This document shows positions 12,945 through 25,291 of a stretch of 64,000 nucleotides of DNA, piece by piece (the stretch's first letter is position 1; each line of letters begins with the position of its first letter). The position numbers and the translations under genes were made by a program. The stretch covers positions 13,590,464-13,654,463 of the forward strand of contig NC_043011.1 in assembly GCF_006345805.1 (NCBI RefSeq). Reading direction: 5' to 3'. The stretch is from Octopus sinensis (taxonomy: Eukaryota). The notes beneath the pieces were generated by a model that worked only from the letters and a program-made list of their open reading frames with translations, was not told the origin of the DNA and made no database searches.

Positions 12945-13105
12945 TTCAAATTTTGACTCCACGACAGAAATTTTGGGACAGAAATTACATCGAACACCGA
13001 CCCCCACCCAGTGCTCAACTGGTACTTATTTTATCGACTTCGAAAAGATGGAAGGTAAAGTCGACCTTGGCAGAATTTGAACTCAGAATTGACAGACGAA
13101 ATACT
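12945..13105 (-). mobile_element. SINE family 2 monomer
   Basis: Reverse core ACTGGTACTTATTTTATCGAC...AAAGTCGACC...GAATTTGAACTCAGAA. Confidence 0.7.
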
Positions 13106-13277
13106 AATGAAGTATTAGTGTAACTTTCTGCTGTTGTTATCCATAACGTTTAATCCAAATTCTAACCGTGACCATCCTGTCTTTCTGTATAATCTAGGAT
13201 TGCAATGTGCAATGTATACTTCCTTGTCTATAAGACCGTAAGATATGGTTTGAAGGAAATTTGGTTAATGTTTTTAA

Positions 13278-13699
13278 GGATCTTTTCGGTTTGAACGGCA
13301 GATTTTTCTAGCGGTGTCATATGAAATTGTCACCCATAATTATGGCCCTAGTACCGATCTATTGCATTTCAATCTGTTTTAAGGTTAGGGTTAGTGTTAG
13401 GGGTGGGGGAAGGGTGTTTTTTTTCTTCACAAATGTAAATAAACCCAATCTGTTTCTTAAACGAGGGACATATCCATACGGCACAGAATGTTTATTACCT
13501 CAATAGACGTCAGTGATTGGTTGAAATTGCAGAAATTTAAGAAAAAAAAACAACAAATATCTTACAAACTATAGAATTTTCTCAATAAAGCCAAGAGAAA
13601 AAGATGTTTTATAAACACATTCTACCAGTATACGAAGTTTAAATTTTTTTATTTTCGTGGAAATCATTTTAAAAACTGCCGTTCAAACCGAAAAGATCC
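13278..13699 (+). mobile_element. TTAGGG MITE copy (in Kv intron)
   Basis: Same TIRs and body; near-TSD GTTTTTAA/GTTTTTTA. Confidence 0.88.
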
Positions 13700-14189
13700 G
13701 TTTTTTAGCAGGTTAAGCAACCCCATGGAAATGTCCTCGTTGGTTTTCTATAAAACTCAAATCCCACCCTTCTTTATAACTCGAATATACAGTTACTCCA
13801 ACAGTACTCCAACAGTTCAACCAGCTTAATTATAGATTATGATTTTCTGTTGTAGTATAGTTCTTTGTACTAAACTAAATATTAAAGGTAGAATTAATAA
13901 ACTTAAAGGTGAAGTAGCTTATCACGGTCACCAGATCTCCAGAAACCGCGCATGTTTCATTTTCATAATAAAAACTTACAAACAATACATTTGTTCTTTT
14001 ATATTTTCCTTCTTCAAAAATTGCTGCAAACGTCCACTGTTTCATTGACATTCGCCTGATTTTACTTTTAATTTTATTTATTAAATATAATTAATTATCG
14101 AAACTAGATTCATTCTCTTTGGACAATGTTATGTATATATAATTATGTTCATACATACATGCATACATACTTACATACACACTCACACA

Positions 14190-14228
<39 letters not shown>

Positions 14229-14488
14229 GCACACACGCGCACACACTCACACACTCACACACTCACACACACACACACACACACACACACAACACACACG
14301 TACACGCACATATCAGCAGCCAGCCGGCACCCCCACTGATGAACTTATCTAAATTTACTTTAGTGAGCATTGTCATATGATTAAAAGATAAACTAGTACA
14401 TCCGGTCTTTCAAAATGTGACCTCGTGTGTACCGTTGGCGATTTTTTTTTCCTCTGTCTTCCCTTCTCTGGATCTTTCCTTCTCCTAT

Positions 14489-14523
14489 GTTTCCGACGAA
14501 GAACTCCGCTCGAAACGTTAAAC
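14489..14523 (+). ncRNA. Minimal type I hammerhead-like motif (core CCGACGA)
   Basis: GUUU CCGACGA A GAAC-UCC-GCUC GAAAC GUU^ AAAC. Confidence 0.45.
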
Positions 14524-14646
14524 CCTCTTTCTTTCCTTCTTTCCTGAGCGTCCAATAATACTATATTTGTTCCACGTTCTCGCGTTGTTGTGTTTTTTTT
14601 GTGCTTTCTTGTTTGGATTAACTTTATATATATATATATATATATA

Positions 14647-14695
<49 letters not shown>

Positions 14696-15173
14696 TGTAC
14701 AGTACGTCACTAACTGTGTAAACAACATGAAATACGTAAACAAACAAGTTAGATACGCAAACGAGAGGAAAAAATTAGAAAACAGGACAAGTAAACACAG
14801 AGAAACGACCCTTCATCAGTTTTGGGTTGCCTATCTACTCCTCATTTTGAGCATTCAACGACAATATGAGTCTTCAAAGACAGTTGCTCCCATAAATTCT
14901 AAAATAGATTTTAAGATTTATGGAGGGTCAAAGCTGGGAACAAAAACAGGACATACAAAGCGTACAAAGAAACCGAACGAAAACAAACATGGAGGGTCGT
15001 TAAACCAGAACGAGAGGGAAATGGTGAACGCTGGGAGAAATATTTTCTTTGAAGAGAGAAATGATAGGAGAGAAAAAGGAAAACGTCCAGTCCTTTCTCC
15101 CTTGTATGTCTCCACTGTCCTGGTTTTGTTCCCAACTTTCATTCTCCATAAATTCTATATATATATATATATA

Positions 15174-15581
15174 TACTCTTTACTCTTTTACTCTTTTACT
15201 TGTTTCAGTCATTTGACTGCGGCCATGCTGGAGCACCGCCTTTAGTCGAGCAACTCGACCCCGGGACTTATTCTTTTGTAAGCCCAGTACTTATTCTATC
15301 GGTGACTTTTGCCGAACCGCTAAGTTACGGGGACGTAAACACACCAGCATCGGTTGTCAAGCAATGCTAGGGGTACAAACAAAGACACACATACATACAC
15401 GCACATACATATATATACATATATACGACGGGCTTCTTTCAGTTTTCGTCTACCAAATCCACTCACAAGGCTTTGGTCGGCCCGAGGCTATAATAGAAGA
15501 CACTTGCCCAAGGTGCCACGCAGTGGGACTGAACCCGGAACCATGTGGTTGGTAAGCAAGCTACTTACCACACAGCCGCCC
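15174..15581 (-). mobile_element. SINE family 1
   Basis: Reverse complement of 642-1070. Confidence 0.85.
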
Positions 15582-15684
15582 CTAACTTGTTTGTTTACGT
15601 ATTTCATGTTGTTTACACAGTTGGTGATCTGCTGAACACACATATATATACATTCATACATACATACATACATACATACATACA

Positions 15685-15750
<66 letters not shown>

Positions 15751-15913
15751 ATTGTATCGCATTTAACTTTGTTTATATATTAATATATATATATATAAAT
15801 TGAGATAGGGGTTGCAAATTCAACCCTCCATGGGATGGTTCAATAAAGTATGTGATTGGGTATTATCTGGTAGTTGATTAATGATTTAGATGTATTTCTA
15901 CATTTTCTGATTT

Positions 15914-15948
<35 letters not shown>

Positions 15949-16045
15949 CGGGAAGCTTTATGAAAATAAACAAAAGACGAAGGCAGGTGGAAAACAAACG
16001 AACAATTGTATTAGTATGGCGCTCAGGAAATATAAATAAAACAAG

Positions 16046-16083
16046 TCTTTAACGTTTCGAGCCTACGCTCTTCAACAGAAAGA
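16046..16083 (-). ncRNA. Minimal type I hammerhead-like motif (core CUGUUGA)
   Basis: UCUUU CUGUUGA A GAGC-GUAG-GCUC GAAAC GUU^ AAAGA. Confidence 0.5.
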
Positions 16084-16265
16084 TACACAGAGAGAGAAAA
16101 ACACAGAAAGAAGGAGAGAAAAAAAATGCGTGCAGTAGCTAACGAATCAACATGGCGATCTGATTTCGGCCAGAGGTCAAAGATCAAACATGAGACGCGA
16201 GAGCGAAATAAGGGGAGATAATAGGGTTGATAAAGGGTTGAGGGACCAGCTAAAAGTGCGTGGGA

Positions 16266-16572
16266 GGGGTCTGGATGTGTGTATGTATAGGGTTGGTGTA
16301 TGTATTAGTATGTATAAGGGTGTGTGTGTGTGTGTGTGTGTGTGTATGAGAGAGTATTAGTGCGTAAGATTGGTCTGGACGTGCGTATGTATGGGGTTGG
16401 TGTATGTATTAGTATGTATTAGTACGTATTGGTATGTATAGGTGGTGTGTGTGTGTGTGAGAGAGTATAAGTGCGTATGCGGGGTCTGGACGTGTGTATG
16501 TATAGGGTTGGTGTAAGTATTAGTATGTATGGTATGTATTAGTACGTATATAGTATTAGTTGGTGTGTGTAT
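16266..16572. repeat. Three degenerate ~105-115-bp tandem units
   Basis: GGTCTGGAYGTGYGTATGTATRGGGTTGGTGTA recurs near 16268, 16373 and 16482. Confidence 0.7.
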
Positions 16573-16574
16573 TA

Positions 16575-16626
<52 letters not shown>

Positions 16627-16818
16627 CATATATATATATATGTTAAAATACATATATTTAATCATATCAAAGGGAAATGGAATTTAATTGAATTAAAAAC
16701 ATTCAATCAAAATTACATTTTTTTGTGATCATAGAACTTAGCCGTTCTTTCTAATGCGTAGAATTCTATAAGTGGATTTTCTATGTGTTTAAATATACAC
16801 TATATCGTATATATACAT

Positions 16819-16856
<38 letters not shown>

Positions 16857-17089
16857 TATTTATATTATTTATATTATTATTTAATTGAATACCACCCATC
16901 CATGTGTGTGTGTGTGTGTGTGTGTGGTGTATGTGTGTGTATGTGGGTGTGTGTGTGTGTGTGTGGTGTGTGTGTGTGTGCGTGCGTATAACTCGTATAT
17001 TGCCGGTAAAGTGTATGCATTGAGAGCGTTGTTCAATGTCTGTATCCAATATAAAGTGAGCTGGACTCGGTGCGGGGAAAACAAATAAT

Positions 17090-17310
17090 AACAATACTTC
17101 TTTCCGATTTTTGGTACAAGTCCAGCAATTTTAAGGGAGACCGTAAGTCGATTACACTGACTTCAGTGTTCAAATGGTATTTACTTTATCGCCCCCGAAA
17201 GGATGAAAGGCAACATTCATCTTGGTGGGATTTGAACTCAGAACGTAAAAAGTCCCTGAGAAATGCTGCTAAACATTTTATCCGAAGCGCTCACGATTCT
17301 GTCGACTCGA
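17090..17310 (-). mobile_element. SINE family 2 monomer
   Basis: Reverse core and B-box. Confidence 0.7.
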
Positions 17311-17452
17311 CATCTGATACAATGTTATGGGAGGACAATGGACCCTTTTTTATGCACGGACAATGTCAAGCTGTACATTGCAGAAGACGAACATCTAGAA
17401 ATACTGTTTATATAGACAGTACACAGATTTACAAGAGAAATATATACACGAG

Positions 17453-17876
17453 GCACAGGTGTAGCTCTGTGGCTCTGTGGTAACAAGCTTCCTTCCCAAC
17501 CACATGGTTCCGGGTTCAGTCCCACAGCGTGGCACCTTGGGCAAGTGCTTCTACTATAACCTCGGGCCAACTAAAGCCTTATAAATGGATTTGATAGACG
17601 GAAACTGAAAGAAGCCCGTCGTATATGTATATATCTATGTATGTGAGTGTCTTTGTGCCTGTGTTTGTCCTCATCATTACGGTTTGACAACCGGTGTTGG
17701 TGTGTTTGCGTCTCTGTAACTTAGCGGTTCGGCAAAAGACACCGATAGAATACATATTAGGCTTAAGAAATAAGTCCTGGACTCGATTTGTTCGACTAAA
17801 ACCCTTCAAGGCGGTGCTCCAGCATGGCCGCAGTCAAATGACTGAAACAAGTAAAAGAACAAAAGAATAAAAGAAT
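17453..17876 (+). mobile_element. SINE family 1
   Basis: Full-length match to 642-1070. Confidence 0.85.
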
Positions 17877-18536
17877 GAGATTGTATTCTAAAAATGCACC
17901 GAGGCAACAAAAAGAAAATTAAGGACACTCATGTGCTAGATAAAAAGGTAAGAATAAGAGAATTCCCTAACAACGGACTGGATAGATTGCCAGACGTATA
18001 AATAAAGAAAAGAGTACGGAAGGAATATATTATAGAGCCATTAGTTTAACATTTATAGTAGATATTAATGCAAAAAGCAAGTAATAAGCATCAATAATCT
18101 AGCTGCCCCCACTAATAAGCTATAACGATAATATTCTTAATTGGACTAAATATAGTGACCGCATTTAGTATATATCACTCTGCATCTGATACAGAATACT
18201 ACGATACGGACTCGAGAGACATGTTAAAAAATGACGTAAATGACGTGTCCGCTGAACCATGTATGTTATGTTAAACAACTGTGATAGAAGGTCACGCATA
18301 CAAATCGGCCATCAAATGGTGCTCTAGTGTGGGAAAGTCAAATAGAACAGAATAACACCGAAATCAGATCAAGGCCTGGACGTCTATATGAATATGAGAA
18401 TAGATATAAAAGATATCTGGTGTAACGTCTCAGTATTGTACAAGTATTTGCAGCTTCGATATTGCTGTCAAGGCCTTTCGCCAACTTTCTTGTTAATACT
18501 CTGACCAGAATATTTAACGGTGTTTTTAATTTTCTT

Positions 18537-19318
18537 TATTATTGCCCACAGTGGGGTTAAGCAAAGAAAGGACAAACAAAGGAATTAAGTCGATTACATC
18601 GACTCCAGTGCGTAACTGGTACTTATTTAATCGACCCCGAAAGGATGAAAGGCAAAGTCGACCTCGGCGGAATTTGAATATCAGAAACGTAACGGCAGAC
18701 GAAATACCTATTTCTTTACTACCACAAGGGGCTAAAAACACATAGAGGACAAACAGGACAGACAAACGGATTAAGTCGATTACATCGACACCCCTGCGTA
18801 ACTGGTACTTATTTAATCGACCAGAAAATGATGAAAGGCAAGTCGACCTCGGCGGAATTTGAATTCAGAACGTAAGGGCACGACGAAATACCTATTTCTT
18901 TACTACCCACAAAGGGCTAAACACATAGAGGACAAACAAGGACAGACAAACGGATTAAGTCGATTACATCGACCCCAGTGCGTAACTGGTACTTATTTAA
19001 TCGACCCCGAAAGGATGAAAGGCAAAGTCGACCACTGGCGGAATTTGAACTCAGAACGTAGCGGCAGACGAAATAACTATTTCTTTACTACCCACAAGAG
19101 GGCTAAACACAAGAGGGGACAAACAAGGACAGACAAACGGATTAAGTCGATACATCGACCCCAGTACGTAACTGGTACTTATTTAATCGACCCCGAAATG
19201 AAAGGATGAAAGGCAAAGTCGACCTCGCGGAATTTGAACTCAGAACGTAACGGCAGACGAAATACCGCTAAGCAAGTATTTCGCCCGGCGTGCTAACGTT
19301 TCTGCCAGCTCGCCGCCA
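18537..19318 (-). mobile_element. SINE family 2, tandem tetramer (one head plus four ~185-bp units)
   Basis: Unit junction AAATACCTATTTCTTTACT near 18705, 18890 and 19075; single A-box head near 19300. Confidence 0.88.
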
Positions 19319-19677
19319 ATTAATGTTATGAATCAGACGTTTTTTTTTCAGTTATATCTTGCTTGCTTCCTTTTTCAATAACAAATTTACTTTCCTATTG
19401 ATTAGTTTGTAATGTCTACAGTCAGATAGCAAATGCGGAAGTGAAAGAATATTAGCACAAGTTGATTCTGGAGATATAGGTGGTATTGGCTCATGTAACA
19501 TACAACATCAATCCGAATGTGACCAGAGAGCCAAACAGATTACTAAGTGAAAGCAACAAACTGAAACTTTTCAGTCAAATTAAATGAAAAAAATAAGAAA
19601 AGTTAGCATCTGAATGATTAGTTTATCAACAGAAATAAATATTGACAACCATATTTATCAATTCAAATATTTATTCC

Positions 19678-20120
19678 GGATCTTTTCGGTTTGAACGGCA
19701 GTTTTTTTCTAGCGGTGTCATGTGAAATTGTCACCCATTATTATGACCCTAGTATCGATCTATTGCATTTCAATCTGTTTTAGGGTTAGGGTTAGTTAGG
19801 TTTAAGGTTAGGGTTAGGGTTAGGGGTGGGGGGAAGGGTATCTTTTTTTCTTCACAAATGTAGATAAACCCAATCTGTTTCTTAAACGAGGGACATATTC
19901 ATACGGCACAGAATGTTTTCACCTCAATAGACGTCATTGATTGATTGAAATTGCAGAAATTGAAGAAAAAACAACAAATATCTTACAAACTATAGAATTT
20001 TCTCAATAAAGCCAAGAGAAAAAGATGTTTTATAAACACATTCTACCAGTATACGAAGTTTAAATTTTTTTAATTACCTAGAAATTATGTTAAAAACTGC
20101 CGTTCAAACCGAAAAGGTCC
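19678..20120 (+). mobile_element. TTAGGG MITE copy flanked by a 78-bp direct repeat
   Basis: Same TIRs and body; 19599-19676 is repeated at 20121-20198. Confidence 0.88.
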
Positions 20121-20943
20121 AAAGTTAGAGTCTGAATGATTGGTTTATCAACAGAAATAAATACTGACAACCATATTTATCAATTCAAATATTTATTCAA
20201 AAATACATTCATACGTAACAGCGTTTATAGAGTACAGCAGTTTTCGAATGAGGATTAAGTCTGCTGCTTTATTTCAGTCAGAAGTATGTCCTTTGTAAAT
20301 CTGTTATGTGTACAGAGAAACTTGACCTGTGAATCAATGCTGCAATAAGTTAGCAAAGTTAAGAGCTGACTTACATATTGTGACGAGCAATAAATTACTT
20401 GGCTGTATTTTGACAGTAACTGCTATTTTGTACTTATTTTTCAGTGGTCGTATTACAAAGAACTAGAGCTGATGCGTATCATATTTCTCTCGTATTTCTA
20501 GCCATTGAACAATATTACTTAATATTCAAAGGACATAATATAATACTAGGTTAATCGGGATAACGATCATTTCGCCTTTAGGAAGACAATAACATTTTAT
20601 TAATGTCATCCTGTGGAAAGGTCAAAGTGAACATTTCGGTGGCTACATGCGCCCCCTTACCGAACATATCTCTCTACTCGTTACCTAACTTTAAATCAGT
20701 TCTCAATTGCCGAATGTCACACAATTGACACCGGAAACTTTTCATTGCTCCAACACCAACATTTTCAGCTATTTTTCACGAAAGAACAAACTTGAAACAA
20801 TGAAGAAACGTGAATAGTAATAAACAACCCAGTTAGTGAAATTTCAGTATATTTTTTTAGAAAATAAAATGTAGAAAAGATCGAAAAATTACTATAAAGT
20901 ATTAAGATCTCAACGCGATTAATTACCGAGGTGGGAGAAAAAG

Positions 20944-21168
<225 letters not shown>

Positions 21169-21341
21169 TGTTTCTTTATTAGCCACACAGGGCTGCACAC
21201 AGACAGGACAAATTACAAGGTAGAGCTTTTCTTTTGGGGGTAAAAAAAGGGGGGTTGGTTTTCGATCAAAAGGGATCGTAAAAGGAAAGAAAGAGGACAA
21301 AAGGGGGGGGGATAAAATTAAAAAAAAAAAGATAGATAGAT

Positions 21342-21372
<31 letters not shown>

Positions 21373-21904
21373 GCAGTCAGACAAAGAAAGAGTGAGACAG
21401 AAAGAGAGATAGAAGCAGGGAGAGAGAGAGTGAGAGAGAGAGAGACAGACAGACAGACAGGCAGACAGGCAGACAGAGAGGTATACGAAGTAGAGAACCG
21501 GTTATTAACTTGTTGCTGCTAGATGCTGGAAAGAGACGAAGTGTAGTAAAATAAAACATATGATGTCCCATTATATCACATATTCAAATGAATCAGTTCA
21601 GATGTCCCCATATAAAATTTCCTGGGGCTAAGTTCAAAGAGACGGGGGGAAGGGAGGGAGAGAGAGTGGGGGAGAGAGACAGAGAATGGTAAATGAAGTA
21701 GCGAACCAGTTGTTGACTTGGTGCTGCTAGACGTTGGGAAGAGGCTAAACTGGATTAGAATTAAACAAATGATGTCCCATTATGTCACATATTCAAATGA
21801 ATCAGTTCAGATGTCCCCATATACAGAAGAATGGCAAAGTTTATTTGTAGAGTTGGAATTGAAGAAATGTATAGTGTATATGAGTGTTTATGAGTGCTGT
21901 TCTA

Positions 21905-21925
21905 GTGTGTGTGTGTGTGTGTGTG

Positions 21926-21956
<31 letters not shown>

Positions 21957-22001
21957 TGTGTGTGTGTTTGTGTGTGTGTGCGTATAAATGCACGCGTGTG
22001 C

Positions 22002-22032
<31 letters not shown>

Positions 22033-22179
22033 TGTATGTATGTATGTATGTATGTGTGTGTGTATATGTATGTATGTATGTATCTATGAATGCATGCATG
22101 CATGCGTGTATGTATGTATGTCTGTATGTATGTATGTATGTATGTATGTATGTATGTATGTATGTATGTATGTATGTAT
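21905..22179. repeat. (TG)n/(TATG)n microsatellite complex
   Basis: Direct reading. Confidence 0.95.
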
Positions 22180-22392
22180 GGCGAGCTGGCAGAATCGTTA
22201 GCACGCCGGGCGAAATGCTTAGCCGTATTTCGTCTGCCGTTACGTTCCGAGTTCAAATTCCGCCGAGTTCGACTTTGCCTTTCATCCTTTCGGGGTCGAT
22301 AAATTAAGTACCAGTTACGCACTGGGTCGATATAATCGACTTAATCCGTTTGTCCCCTCTGTGTTTAGCCCCTTGTGGGTAGTAAAGAAATA
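22180..22392 (+). mobile_element. SINE family 2 monomer
   Basis: GGCGAGCTGGCAGAATCGTTAGCACGCCGGGCG head through AAAGAAATA tail. Confidence 0.85.
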
Positions 22393-23016
22393 TGTATATA
22401 TGTATGTATGTATAAATATATGTGTGTGTATCTGTACATGTATTTTGCCTTTATGCTCAGATCCCCCACCATCTGAGGCTATATCTCTATCAATGGTTGT
22501 TATTGTCTAAATACATTCATGTCCAACTTTTGGCTCTTCTTCGTCCACTTTCTCTCATAAGTTTCCCACACTCTTACACATCCCGCTTGCCTTAGCCCAT
22601 CGTTTTCTCACCAGAAGTACCCCTCAACGTCAGTTTTTCTTCTCATTTCCTATTCTCTGACGAAGGATCAGAGCTACGAAACGTTAAATTTCACAGTGCC
22701 CACAAACCATGCGCGCGCGTGTATGCGTACGTTTATCCACGCGCTTACATAGATACATACATACATACATACATACATACATACATACATACATACATAC
22801 ATACATACATAACATCCTCCCACACATATATTTACACTTTGATAGCAATATTTTATTGCTTGTATTAGATTTTTTAAAATTCATGGTTAAGGTATTCGTT
22901 ATTACAAAAAAATGTTGTTAAAACTTTTTTTGCTCACCAGGGAGTATATGTATATATACCCACTGATATATCTATCTATCTATCTATCTCTATCTATCTA
23001 TCTATCTATCTATCTA

Positions 23017-23089
<73 letters not shown>

Positions 23090-23233
23090 GATATATATTA
23101 TATATATATATATATATATAGATATTATATATATATAAGGGAAGGTTTACGAAAATAAACAAAAGACGAAGGCAGGTGGAGTACAAACAAACAAATGTAT
23201 TAGTATGGCGCTCGGAATAGAAAATAGAACAAG

Positions 23234-23271
23234 TCTTTTACGTTTCGAGCCTACGCTCTTCGACAGAAAAA
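23234..23271 (-). ncRNA. Minimal type I hammerhead-like motif (core CUGUCGA)
   Basis: UUUUU CUGUCGA A GAGC-GUAG-GCUC GAAAC GUA^ AAAGA. Confidence 0.5.
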
Positions 23272-24887
23272 TACACAGAAAAGAAACAAGGAGAGAAAAA
23301 ATGCGTGTTGGAGCTAACGGTCTATCATATATATATATAAACTGTTGTGTCTAGGGAGAGTAATTTTCTTTTTGTGCCTTATAATGTAACACATTCACCG
23401 GCAAAATTTCCACTTATTTCTTATTTTTATTTTCCTAAAACTTTCGTTGCCTCTTGCAACCTTTTCCATAGTCTTGACTCTGTCCGTTATTTACGTTATT
23501 TACTTGCAAACCAATCCCAAAACGATATATATATATTATATATATTATATTATATATATATTATATATAAGAATATAATATACGTTCAAACACAAAAGAG
23601 ATTCCCGAAGAATAGGATATCTGACTCGCTAGAAGAGCAGTTAAAACTCCAAGCCACCAATTGTTGTATATATAGCGAGTCAGATATCCTATTCTTCGGG
23701 TATCTCTTTTGTGTTTGAACGTACACTGTATTCTTCTTTGAATTATATATAGTCTATTAACTAATTTTTTTCTTTCTCGCTAGACCACTGGTAACTAAGA
23801 ATTTTTCTATGAATATTCTTGCTACCCTAAGATTTTAATTAATATATATATATATATGTGTGTGCATGGTATGGTGCAACATTTGTATAGATGTATAGCA
23901 TCTAATTATATTAATTATGCATGCCTTGGCATTACCTAAGGTAATGACATAGTAATACATTTTAACCGAGTCTGTTATAATAAATGCATATATCAATACA
24001 AGCCCCAATATTCGTAACAGGACTTGACCAACGAAGAAAGTACTGGATACCTCCAAACGTTAACATATATACGTGTCTGAACGTGATACAGACCATATAT
24101 ATATATATATATATATATATAGTTGTCAGTATGTATGCACACGCAAGTCTTTCTATCTATATACATACATACATACATACATACATACATACATACATAC
24201 ATGTACACACACACACCTATATTTCTATGGGAAGTTATATATATATAACGCAATTAAGTATTAATCGCAAAGGTTACTCAATACTTCTAGTAGAGTACAT
24301 GCTTATCAAACTTTTATACAAGGACGACAGATTTATTTATATATTTGTGTGTGTGTGTGTTGGGGAGGGGGGTACATACATATAAGCTCATATGCACGCA
24401 CACTCAAACACACACATGTATATAATCATGTAGGCATCATGTTTTAGACATTTGCACAGTAATATGTAAATGTGCAAAGACCTAGTATTTCTTAACAGCA
24501 GATTTATTACTCTCCCAGAGATATCGAATTTCTGCTTTACTTAAGTTATTCTGAGTGCGTGCGTGAGTATATGTGTGTGTGCGTGAGAAAGTGCGCGCGC
24601 GCGTGCGTATGTATATATGCATGTATGTATGTATGTATGTATGTATGTATGTATGTATGTATGTCAGTATATGTATGTGTTTATCATTAGCGTTCTTTTT
24701 AGTCTTTCAGTCTGTCTGTATGTATATTTAATACGCATTTTAAATATATATATATAGACATTTGTAGATGTATGTGCATATTTATAATTATGTATATGAT
24801 ATGTATACATAATATATATATATATATATACATAAATACATATATATATATTATATAATATTATATATATATATATACTATATATAC

Positions 24888-24930
<43 letters not shown>

Positions 24931-25013
24931 ATATACTATATATATATCTATATATATATATATATAATCTATATATATATATTTCATATGTATATATTAT
25001 ATATTATATATAA

Positions 25014-25077
<64 letters not shown>

Positions 25078-25244
25078 CCGGAGTAAACACATATATGTGA
25101 AACAAGGTGGAAAAAAGAGTACTCTCAAATACCAAGGGTAGAGTAATATGTTTTATTTAAAAGCAGCAGAAATCCAATAAAACTGTTCTTCGGAGTTTCA
25201 TGTTCCAGTTCGTCGGACAGTTTTTTTTAAAAAAATGTCCGACA

Positions 25245-25291
25245 AAAACTGTCCGACGAACGGGAACGTGAAACTACGAGTAACAGGTTTT
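25245..25291 (+). ncRNA. Type I hammerhead-ribozyme-like motif (core CCGACGA)
   Basis: CUGU [CCGACGA] ACG-GGAA-CGU [GAA] ACU-ACG-AGU A^ ACAG. All three stems close; predicted GUA cleavage after 25282. Confidence 0.65.

Noticed and set aside
14661-15245. 194-aa ORF
   Set aside because: Starts in (TG)n, crosses repeat fragments and (TA)n, and has no domain.
18537-19318. CRISPR-like array
   Set aside because: Units repeat in full with no unique spacers and no cas genes; it is a SINE multimer.
22630-22690. Canonical CUGACGA...GAAAC hammerhead
   Set aside because: Stem II is unpaired and stem I is at most 2 bp; treated as a decayed remnant.
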